In this document: in pieces, positions 27,994 to 36,094 of the stretch | Layout: each line of letters opens with the position of its first letter | How positions within the stretch are numbered: position 1 is the stretch's first letter | Made by a program: the position numbers and the translations under genes | Assembly: GCA_028033615.1 (NCBI GenBank) | Contig: JAOFDG010000004.1 | Location: 4,637-68,636 of the forward strand | From: Verrucomicrobiales bacterium | Lineage (GTDB): Bacteria; Verrucomicrobiota; Verrucomicrobiia; Verrucomicrobiales; DEV007 | Direction: 5' to 3' | DNA length: 64,000 nucleotides | The notes under the pieces: model-generated | What the model saw: the letters and a program-made list of their open reading frames with translations, nothing else | Database searches by the model: none | What the model was told of the DNA's origin: nothing

Positions 27994-29381
27994 TGAATTG
28001 GGCACAAGAGATTACAAGAAGAAAGCTTCTTACTGCATCTCCATTGAGTATTGGATCACTTGGTCTTGAGTCTTTACTTGGATCTAATGAAAAGTTTTCA
28101 TTAATTGGAGGAGCTGCACCTAAGGCAAAGAGGGTAATTTATCTTTTTATGTCAGGAGGGCCTTCCCATGTAGATACTTTTGACCCTAAACCTTTATTAA
28201 ATAAAAGAGATGGTGAAAAGGTACCTGCAGAGATTGTTAGAAATCATGAATTTGCCATGATAAAAGAGTCGCAGCCCTTACTAAAAGGGTCCGAATGGAA
28301 ATTTGATAAAAAAGGTAGAAGTGGAATTGAAGTTTCAGAACTTTTTCCTGAAGTTGGCGAAGTTATAGATGATATAACGGTCATTCGTTCAGTACACTCT
28401 GATACCTTTAATCATGATCCTGCGGTCATGTTTATGAATACTGGTAGTGTTCGTTTTGGAAGACCATCTTTAGGAGCATGGCTTTCTTATGGGATTGGGA
28501 GTGAAAATAAAGATCTTCCAGCATTCGTTGTACTAGCTTCCGGAAAAAATAGACAACCCCTTCTTGATAGTTATTGGGGATCTGGTTTTTTGCCAGCTGA
28601 GCATCAAGGTGTTCAATTTAGAACGAAAGGAGACCCTGTACTATTTGTTAAAAATCCAGATGGAGTGAGTAGGGAGGAGCGACGGCGTCAAGTTGATTTA
28701 ATTAACTGGATGAATGCCAAACGGTTTGATGCCATTGGTGATCCAGAGATCAATGCTAGAATTTCGCAGTATGAATTGGCGTTTAGGATGCAAATGTCAG
28801 TTCCAGAATTAACGGACCTTTCTAGCGAGCCTGAATATATTAAAAATTCTTATGGATCAGAACCCAATACAGTGTCTTTCGCAAATAATTGCTTATTGGC
28901 GAGAAGGCTTGCTGAGCGAGGAGTCCGATTTATTCAACTGTATGACAAGGGGTGGGATTCTCATGGTCAAATAGTTAGTGATCACACTGAGCGTTGTAAA
29001 TCTGTAGATAAACCTATTGCAGCATTGTTAAAAGATCTCAAACAACGCGGAATGCTTGATGATACCCTTGTCATTTGGGGTGGAGAATTTGGTAGAACTC
29101 CAATGTCACAGGGTTCAGGAAAAGGTTATGGAAGAGATCATCATCCACATGGATTTAGCATGTGGATGGCAGGTGGTGGTATACGGGGAGGTCATATTCA
29201 CGGGGCCACAGATGATTTTGGTTACTTTGCAGCAGATAACCGTGTTCATGTTCATGATTTAAATGCAACTATACTTCATTGTCTTGGGATAGAGCATGAA
29301 CGTTTAACTTTTCATCATCAAGGAAGAGATTTTAAACTGACAGATGAATTTGGTAAAGTTGTAAAAAATATACTATCTTAG
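27990..29381 (+). CDS. DUF1501-family protein with a Tat-like signal
   Basis: The ATG overlaps the upstream TGA (ATGA at 27990-27993). TRRKLL twin-arginine motif. LFMSGGPSHVDTFDPKP hallmark. GGEFGRTP and GRDHHPHGF motifs. Confidence 0.88.
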   Translation: MMNWAQEITRRKLLTASPLSIGSLGLESLLGSNEKFSLIGGAAPKAKRVIYLFMSGGPSHVDTFDPKPLLNKRDGEKVPAEIVRNHEFAMIKESQPLLKGSEWKFDKKGRSGIEVSELFPEVGEVIDDITVIRSVHSDTFNHDPAVMFMNTGSVRFGRPSLGAWLSYGIGSENKDLPAFVVLASGKNRQPLLDSYWGSGFLPAEHQGVQFRTKGDPVLFVKNPDGVSREERRRQVDLINWMNAKRFDAIGDPEINARISQYELAFRMQMSVPELTDLSSEPEYIKNSYGSEPNTVSFANNCLLARRLAERGVRFIQLYDKGWDSHGQIVSDHTERCKSVDKPIAALLKDLKQRGMLDDTLVIWGGEFGRTPMSQGSGKGYGRDHHPHGFSMWMAGGGIRGGHIHGATDDFGYFAADNRVHVHDLNATILHCLGIEHERLTFHHQGRDFKLTDEFGKVVKNILS

Positions 29382-29471
29382 ATTACTGTTAGGAAAACAC
29401 GATGAGTGATAGTGAAAAAGATAATAAATCTAAAGAAAAAATTTATTAGGGAATGAACTTATGCGAAGCGT

Positions 29472-29654
29472 GTGGGTTCTATAGGTCCTATTTTCATGGG
29501 TATAGGTTTTTATTTGATTATTACAGGTCGAATGAATTATCAAAGTTGGGAGGAATATTTTAATGATGAGCACATTGTTTCTACATCATGGCGGTATTTT
29601 CCTATCGTCGCTATTTTTGTGGGGTTGATTGGGGTAGCGATGAAAAAGTTTTGA
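29472..29654 (+). CDS. Possible small two-helix membrane protein (60 aa)
   Basis: GTG-start ORF with two hydrophobic stretches (PIFMGIGFYLIITG and FPIVAIFVGLIGVA). There is no family assignment, so it could be spurious. Confidence 0.25.
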   Translation: MGSIGPIFMGIGFYLIITGRMNYQSWEEYFNDEHIVSTSWRYFPIVAIFVGLIGVAMKKF

Positions 29655-29722
29655 AAAAAACATGATTGATGAGTTCTGTAATGAAGAATAATCTAATCGA
29701 TAGAAATTACCTAACCGTCTAA

Positions 29723-31255
29723 ATGAATAGCTTCAAAATAATTTTCCTAGTTACCTTAGCCCTACTCTTTGATAATAGATCGGGTTTAGCTGAAAGGCCG
29801 AACATAATAATAATCCTCACTGATGATATGGGATTTTCTGACTTAGGATGTTTTGGTGGTGAAATTGAAACTCCTAACTTAGATAGCCTTTCAGCTAATG
29901 GTTTAAGGTTTACTGAATTTTATAATACAGCACGTTGCTGGCCAACAAGAGCTACAATGCTCAGCGGTAGATATAGTGATAAATTAACCTCTTCACAGGT
30001 TATCATTCCTCAATTGCTTAAAGAATCAGGATACCAAACTGGAATGGTCGGTAAATGGCACCTGGGAATGAACCCAAAAAAAGATGGTCCTATACAAAGA
30101 GGGTTTGATGATTTTTATGGAACAATGACTGGTGCTGGATCTTTTTGGGATCCCTACACATTGACTCGTGATACGGAACCTATTGAGCCAGATGCGGAAG
30201 ATTATTATTATACTGACAAAATAGGCCAAGAGGCAGTTCGACAAATTGAAAGTTTCGCCAAATCAAAAAAGCCATTCTTTCAATATGTTGCCTTTACGGC
30301 TGCTCATTGGCCTATGCATGCACCAGAGAAGTCGATTCAAAAATACATGAAAATGTATGAGGGAGGGTGGGAAAAATTGCGTAATGACCGTTATCAGAAA
30401 ATGATTCAAATGGGTGTTATTGATGCAAAAAAATGGCCATTACCAGAACGAGAAAGTTGGGTCAATGATTGGGAGACCATTGATCACAAGCCATGGAGAA
30501 TACGCAACCAAGCAATCTATGCGGCAATGGTTGACCATATGGACCAGGCGGTTGGTAATATCGTGACTGCACTTAAAAAAACTAACCAATTTAAAAACAC
30601 CCTTATTGTTTATTTTCATGACAATGGGGCCTGTCCTGAGCATCTCAGCGGCAATGGTTGGAATACGGCGAATAATATTCTCGAAAAGGCGAAAAAAAAC
30701 GGAAAGAAAGTCGCCGTTGGTGACAAGTTTGATGTTTTGATGGGTGGGGCACTTACCTATGGAAGCGTAGGGCACAACTGGGCTAATGCTCAGAACACGC
30801 CTATGCGTCGCTATAAATCCAACGTGCATAATGGAGGTGCATGCACTCCCGCAATTATGCATTGGCCCAATGGATTAAAGACTAATCCAGGTTCAATTTC
30901 TGATCAGAGGGGCCATGTGATTGATATGATGGCGACATGTATTGATTTAGCGGGATCAATTTATCCTCAAGAATTTATAGGTAATAATATTGTAGCTCAT
31001 GAAAGCATGTCTCTTGTACCTATTCTTAGAGGGGAAAAAGTTGATAGAGATCATGCTTACTTATTTAATCATTCTGGAACTCATGCGGTAGTTAGAGGAG
31101 ACTACAAAATTGTTCGTGAGGGCAAACGTCCTTGGTCTTTATATAATTTGGCAAAGAACCGTACAGAAACAATCAATCTTGCAGCAGAGCAGAAAGATGT
31201 TGTTAGTCAATTAGAGAAAATTTGGAATAATCGATGGGGTGATATAAAGAGATGA
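29723..31255 (+). CDS. Arylsulfatase (formylglycine-dependent sulfatase family)
   Basis: Signal peptide. PNIIIILTDDMGFSDLGCFG, the CWPTRATMLSGR (C-x-P-x-R) motif, and GKWHLG. Confidence 0.9.
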   Translation: MNSFKIIFLVTLALLFDNRSGLAERPNIIIILTDDMGFSDLGCFGGEIETPNLDSLSANGLRFTEFYNTARCWPTRATMLSGRYSDKLTSSQVIIPQLLKESGYQTGMVGKWHLGMNPKKDGPIQRGFDDFYGTMTGAGSFWDPYTLTRDTEPIEPDAEDYYYTDKIGQEAVRQIESFAKSKKPFFQYVAFTAAHWPMHAPEKSIQKYMKMYEGGWEKLRNDRYQKMIQMGVIDAKKWPLPERESWVNDWETIDHKPWRIRNQAIYAAMVDHMDQAVGNIVTALKKTNQFKNTLIVYFHDNGACPEHLSGNGWNTANNILEKAKKNGKKVAVGDKFDVLMGGALTYGSVGHNWANAQNTPMRRYKSNVHNGGACTPAIMHWPNGLKTNPGSISDQRGHVIDMMATCIDLAGSIYPQEFIGNNIVAHESMSLVPILRGEKVDRDHAYLFNHSGTHAVVRGDYKIVREGKRPWSLYNLAKNRTETINLAAEQKDVVSQLEKIWNNRWGDIKR

Positions 31256-31268
31256 TAATTGACCGATT

Positions 31269-32147
31269 TTAATCGCTACCATTTTCAAAGATCTTACTGA
31301 GGAATTGCAAAACTTTTTTTCTATTCTCACCAGTGTAAAACTCGTTTCCTCCATGTTTTTTTCCGGGTAGAGTATTCATATCTACTGACAGATTCATTTT
31401 TTTGTATGCATTAGTAATAGCATCAGCCTGATCAATAAGTACTGTTGTATCTTTGTCCCCATGAAATATTAATATTGGAGGATCGTTTTTAGTAACGTGG
31501 TAAACCGGTGATGCTAAGGTGGCGAGTTTTACCTTCTTATGAGCTCCTCCACCAAGAAGGTTATAAACTACTGACCCGACTTTATTAGCCCTGTGTGGTT
31601 GCGTTTTGCTTCTTAATATAAAATCTGTTGGTCCATAAAAATTAATGATGCCAGACAGTGATGATTGCATTTCAAGATTTCCACCAACTTCACCCTCAAG
31701 TTGTTTAACTCCATGACTCGTTCCTAATAGCGTGGCTAAATAGCCTCCAGCGCTTGCCCCTGCTGCCACAATCTTACTGCTATCGTAGCCAAATTTACTC
31801 TCTTGAGATTTTAGCCATCGAATAGCTCCCTTACAATCGTGAATTTGTGCAGGAAACTTAGCGATTTGACTTAATCGATAAGAAATACTCGCTACGCTAT
31901 AACCATGTTTAGTTAACCATTTTATTTTACAATCGTTCTTTGATCCTTTGTACCAACCACCACCATGAATCCATACAACTAATTTAGAACCTTTGACTTT
32001 TTTGGGTAAATGTAGATCAAGCTTAAGACTTTGGTCATTAATTTTGGCAAATTCAATGTCCTTGATGATTTTATCTGTTTCACCAGAGCAGACCAGACAA
32101 TGAAAGAAAACAAATATTGTCGTTAGTGTGAGGGTATTAAGTTTCAT
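31269..32147 (-). CDS. Secreted alpha/beta-hydrolase esterase
   Basis: Signal peptide. Oxyanion-type VVWIHGGGWYKGS. Nucleophile elbow GASAGG. C-terminal HGDKDTTV. Confidence 0.8.
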   Translation of the reverse strand: MKLNTLTLTTIFVFFHCLVCSGETDKIIKDIEFAKINDQSLKLDLHLPKKVKGSKLVVWIHGGGWYKGSKNDCKIKWLTKHGYSVASISYRLSQIAKFPAQIHDCKGAIRWLKSQESKFGYDSSKIVAAGASAGGYLATLLGTSHGVKQLEGEVGGNLEMQSSLSGIINFYGPTDFILRSKTQPHRANKVGSVVYNLLGGGAHKKVKLATLASPVYHVTKNDPPILIFHGDKDTTVLIDQADAITNAYKKMNLSVDMNTLPGKKHGGNEFYTGENRKKVLQFLSKIFENGSD

Positions 32148-32221
32148 TAAGTTGATGTGAGGTTTCTGAGATTGTGATTCTCAGTTATTGCCCTTAAGAA
32201 GGAAATGACAATTTGAAGTGA

Positions 32222-33580
32222 CTATAGTATGGGCAATGGTTCCCCATCACAGATTTTAAACGGTCTGCCTTGTTGATCATGAAGTTCTGCCTTATGATCA
32301 ATGCCTAATGCTGCGTAAATTGTTGCATGAAAGTCAGCTGGGGAACATGCGTCAGATCCTGGTTCTGCTCCTCTTGAGTCACTTGTGCCGTAAACTTGTC
32401 CACCATGAATACCGCCACCAGCAAGAGCAACTGAGTAAACTCCCGGATGGTGATCTCTACCACCATTACCATTAATTTTAGGAGTTCTTCCAAAATCTGT
32501 TAAAAAAACAACAAGAGTTTCATCCAGCATTCCTCTTTGCTCAAGATCTGTTAGTAAGGCAGAAACTGATCGGTCAAAAACGGGAAGTAAACGATCTTTC
32601 ATCTTTGGGAAGTGGTTTCTGTGAGTGTCCCAATTGTCTCCACCTCCACCGGCTAGGTCTCCAGCCGAGCATAGAGTTTGAACGACCGGTACGCCCGCTT
32701 CCACTAATCGTCTGGCTAAAAGGAGAGACTGACCGCATATATGATCTCCATACATATCTCTTACTCTTTGATCTTCTTTTTCAAGATTGTATGCATCATG
32801 TACAGGAGATCCTAAAAGTAGATCTGCTGCCATTTGTCGGTAGCGATCAAGCTGATCATATTCAGTGCTATTTCCGTTTTTCTTACCTAATTGAGTATCG
32901 AGTTTGGTTAAAAGAGAACTTCTGTCCTGTATCCTGTTTTTCTCTATATTAAGCTCCAAGTTAAGAGCTTTGTCTGTGTAACGGGTCACACCTTGGAATG
33001 GTTCACCTCCAGGAGTTCTCATTATGACGGGATCGTAAGCTGAGCCAAGCCAACCACCATAATCTCCTGCCATGAGAGTACCATTATCATACATTGAGTA
33101 TGGAAGTTTTATGGCCCTTGGCGTTCCTGCTCTAGGTTCATTGAACTTAGAAATCATCGAGGTTAGGGAAGGCCAACTTTTTCTGCTTTTGGCTTTGATA
33201 CCACCCTCTGGGTCATGTCCCGTTAATGAGACGTACATGCCTTGTTGATGGCCACCATGCCGATGATGAATGGATCGGACTATAGCCATTTTCTCTGTGT
33301 GCTTGGCGAGCAATGGTAAGTGCTCACAGAATTGAATGCCCGGTGTCGCTGTAGAGATTGGCTTAAATTCTCCTCTTATATCCGATGGAGCATCAGGCTT
33401 GGGGTCGAATGATTCATAATGACTCATTCCGCCCCAAGTATAGAGAACAATGCAAGATTTTGCCTTAGGTGCTTTTGTTCCTGCTTTGGAAATTAATGAG
33501 AGTAAGCTGGGTACCGTGAGTCCAGCCAGACCTACACTAGATCTTAAAAAATTTCTGCGAGTATGATTTAAGCTCAGCAT
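32222..33580 (-). CDS. DUF1501-family protein with a Tat signal (no adjacent DUF1553 partner)
   Basis: TRRNFLRSSVGLAG twin-arginine motif. LYTWGGMSHYESFDPKP hallmark. TDFGRTP and GRDHHPGVY motifs. Confidence 0.88.
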   Translation of the reverse strand: MLSLNHTRRNFLRSSVGLAGLTVPSLLSLISKAGTKAPKAKSCIVLYTWGGMSHYESFDPKPDAPSDIRGEFKPISTATPGIQFCEHLPLLAKHTEKMAIVRSIHHRHGGHQQGMYVSLTGHDPEGGIKAKSRKSWPSLTSMISKFNEPRAGTPRAIKLPYSMYDNGTLMAGDYGGWLGSAYDPVIMRTPGGEPFQGVTRYTDKALNLELNIEKNRIQDRSSLLTKLDTQLGKKNGNSTEYDQLDRYRQMAADLLLGSPVHDAYNLEKEDQRVRDMYGDHICGQSLLLARRLVEAGVPVVQTLCSAGDLAGGGGDNWDTHRNHFPKMKDRLLPVFDRSVSALLTDLEQRGMLDETLVVFLTDFGRTPKINGNGGRDHHPGVYSVALAGGGIHGGQVYGTSDSRGAEPGSDACSPADFHATIYAALGIDHKAELHDQQGRPFKICDGEPLPIL

Positions 33581-33713
33581 TAATTATTGTTTTATAATAA
33601 ATACTATAATAGCAAAGTCTGCTACTCTCAAGTCCCTAGACTATTCTTTGAACTCAATTGTTAAATAAAGTTTTCAAATAATACGAAAGAACTCTATTTT
33701 CACCACTAGTAGC

Positions 33714-35171
33714 TTATTCCGTGTCTGTTCTAAAAGGTCCTGCGGGCAATCCTTCTTTATTGTAAAGGTTGGCTTTGGCAGGATTATCTGTAAAACCATA
33801 CCTCACTGCAACCGGCTCGGTGACTTCATTGGAATCGACTACTACAGTCTCTCCGTCGATTCGAGCATTTGCCCAATGCCACTTATTGTCTTTCCCAGAA
33901 ATAGAAAAATGCTCAAGTTTACCATTTTTTATTTCTTGTGTTGGAGTGAGTCCATTTTTTTGGCCAATCATCAAACCTGACCCCACATGATTAAATGATA
34001 GTCGGATAGTTTTACCTTCGACCTTGTGGCTTTTGAATAGTGGGCCTGAGGGAACTAAGTTTTTTTTACCATACGTTTGGTGGAGTGCCCACTGTGCTAA
34101 TCGTGATCCAACGTCCTGTTTATTTTTAGGGTGAATGTCATTTGCTGCTCCGATATCTGTAATGACCGCCATGCCTGTACCCGGAATATCTAGGGCTTGT
34201 GTTTGGGCTTCGCGCAATTTTGCCCATCCATCTCCGCCTTCTGGATTAGGGTTCTCTTGCCTAAAGTTTGCTAGCTGCACCCAGTAAAAAGCTAAATCTT
34301 TATTTTGGAATGCTTTCCTCCAGCCATTTACAAGAGCATGTTTTTTGTGGTAGTATGTGACACCTTCATTTCCGTTAGATTCACCTTGATACCAGATGCC
34401 TCCACGCATGGCTAATGGAGTTAGTGGGTTGACCATTGAATTGTATATCGCTGATGGATCACCTCCTCCTACTTTTGTATCTTGTTTGTAATTCTTAACT
34501 TTATTTACGATGTCTGATAACTCAGGAACTGATTCAAATCCTGCAAGAGTTGTCCATGGTTCAATTCTAGTGCCGCCCCAATTAGAACCAACTAAGCCGA
34601 TAGGGACTTGAAGTTCCTTGTGGATGCGGCGACCAAAATAATATCCAACTGCACTAAATCTATCTACGGATTTTGGATCACACACTTCCCATTGACCTGC
34701 CCCTTCTTCCTTGGGTAGTGGGCTAACAGTGTGTCCTGGTACATTAAATAGTCTAATCCATGGATGAAAACCTGCGGCTGCCTCCTCTTTAGGATTCATT
34801 GATTGTCTTACTGACCACTCCATATTGGACTGGCCCGAACAAATCCAGACTTCACCAACCAAAATATTTTCTAGTTTGATTGTATTATTACCAATAATTG
34901 TTAGAGTTGAATTGTTTCCATTAGCTTTTAGAGGGTCTAATTTAACCATCCATTTGCCATTTGCATCGGCGGTTGTTTTTTTTGTTTGTCCAGCAAATGT
35001 AACTGATACATTTTCACCTTCGTCTGCCCACCCCCAGACAGGAACCGGCATATCCCTCTGAAGCACCATTCCAGCTCCAATAACGTTTGGGAGTTTTATG
35101 TCAGCTATTACAAAGTGGCTGAGAGAAATTAAAATAATGCTGATGATAGAAAGGAGAGATGATTTTTTCAT
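33714..35171 (-). CDS. Sialate O-acetylesterase-like carbohydrate esterase (SASA family)
   Basis: Signal peptide. LPNVIGAGMVLQRDMPVPVWGWA...VTFAG...GKW, then GEVWICSGQSNME (the GQSNM catalytic-serine motif of the SASA/DUF303 family). Confidence 0.8.
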   Translation of the reverse strand: MKKSSLLSIISIILISLSHFVIADIKLPNVIGAGMVLQRDMPVPVWGWADEGENVSVTFAGQTKKTTADANGKWMVKLDPLKANGNNSTLTIIGNNTIKLENILVGEVWICSGQSNMEWSVRQSMNPKEEAAAGFHPWIRLFNVPGHTVSPLPKEEGAGQWEVCDPKSVDRFSAVGYYFGRRIHKELQVPIGLVGSNWGGTRIEPWTTLAGFESVPELSDIVNKVKNYKQDTKVGGGDPSAIYNSMVNPLTPLAMRGGIWYQGESNGNEGVTYYHKKHALVNGWRKAFQNKDLAFYWVQLANFRQENPNPEGGDGWAKLREAQTQALDIPGTGMAVITDIGAANDIHPKNKQDVGSRLAQWALHQTYGKKNLVPSGPLFKSHKVEGKTIRLSFNHVGSGLMIGQKNGLTPTQEIKNGKLEHFSISGKDNKWHWANARIDGETVVVDSNEVTEPVAVRYGFTDNPAKANLYNKEGLPAGPFRTDTE

Positions 35172-35239
35172 TTTAGGTGATGCGTTTAGTTTCTGTGGTT
35201 CCTATAACTAGATGAATTAAAATAGGAAAGTAGTCCAGT

Positions 35240-36085
35240 TCATATTTTGGGAATTAGTGCTTTACCCACTTTCGTGGATGTTCTGAAGTAACCAAGATAG
35301 GTGCCTTCTATATCAGTGACTAGCCAACTGGCTGTTGAAAATGTGTTTTGTTCTCTAGTTCCTCCTGGAGCTATCTCTCCATAAATCTTAAGTTTGCCAT
35401 TATACTCTACCCAATAAATCTTCACCTTTTGTTTCATCTGGTTATGAAATATAATTGTTGTATTATCTCCTGATATTGACCTTGGAGGAATTTCGCCATT
35501 TGATGGAATCCACTTAAGGTCTTCAGTGGGTCTCGGCGGTGGTTTTTTTATCGGGACTATCTTGTCGAGATCGATTCCTCGAACAATCTTTAAATCAGGT
35601 AATGCTTCTTCCAATTGTTTAACTCCCTCGTTGGTAACCTTTGTTTGCCAAAGATATAATTTTTTTAAGTTTTTTAAATCCTTTAATTTAGATAGACCCA
35701 AATCGGAGACTTTTGTTGAATAAAGATTAAGGTACTCAAGTTCTTGTAGTCCCGTTAAATGATCTATGCATGTATCATCTATTTGAGTTCGTTCTAGGTG
35801 CAACCTTTTCAAATCTTTCATTCCCTCAATATGAATGATTCCTGCATTTGTTATCTTCGTATCCCTAAGATTTAATATCTTTACACTTTCCAGTGATTTG
35901 ATTGGTTCTAGACCTTCGTCATTGAGGTCTCGGCCTGATAATTGGAACTCGATTCTGAGGCCTCCATCACTAGTAGGTGATATAATGCCACCATTTTTTT
36001 CTAGCTCTTTAATAGCGGAAGCTGCTTTAGCATGAATTTCAAAAGGTAATAAGATAAAAAGTAAGATAAAAATAAAACGGGTCAT
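35240..36085 (-). CDS. Secreted leucine-rich-repeat protein with a C-terminal VHL-beta-like domain
   Basis: Signal peptide. About five LRRs (LNLRDTKITNAG..., LHLERTQIDD..., LNLYSTKVSD..., LYLWQTKVTNEG...). A proline linker KKPPPRP. The C-terminus IIFHNQMKQKVKIYWVEYNGKLKIYGEIAPGGTREQNTFSTASWLVTD aligns without gaps to human VHL [48 protein letters not shown]. Confidence 0.65.
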   Translation of the reverse strand: MTRFIFILLFILLPFEIHAKAASAIKELEKNGGIISPTSDGGLRIEFQLSGRDLNDEGLEPIKSLESVKILNLRDTKITNAGIIHIEGMKDLKRLHLERTQIDDTCIDHLTGLQELEYLNLYSTKVSDLGLSKLKDLKNLKKLYLWQTKVTNEGVKQLEEALPDLKIVRGIDLDKIVPIKKPPPRPTEDLKWIPSNGEIPPRSISGDNTTIIFHNQMKQKVKIYWVEYNGKLKIYGEIAPGGTREQNTFSTASWLVTDIEGTYLGYFRTSTKVGKALIPKI

Positions 36086-36094
36086 AGTTTCGGT

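Noticed and set aside
32305-32952. ORFs at 32305-32493 (minus strand, alternate frame) and 32605-32952 (plus strand) inside the DUF1501 gene
   Set aside because: They overlap a strongly motif-supported gene and their translations are compositionally odd.
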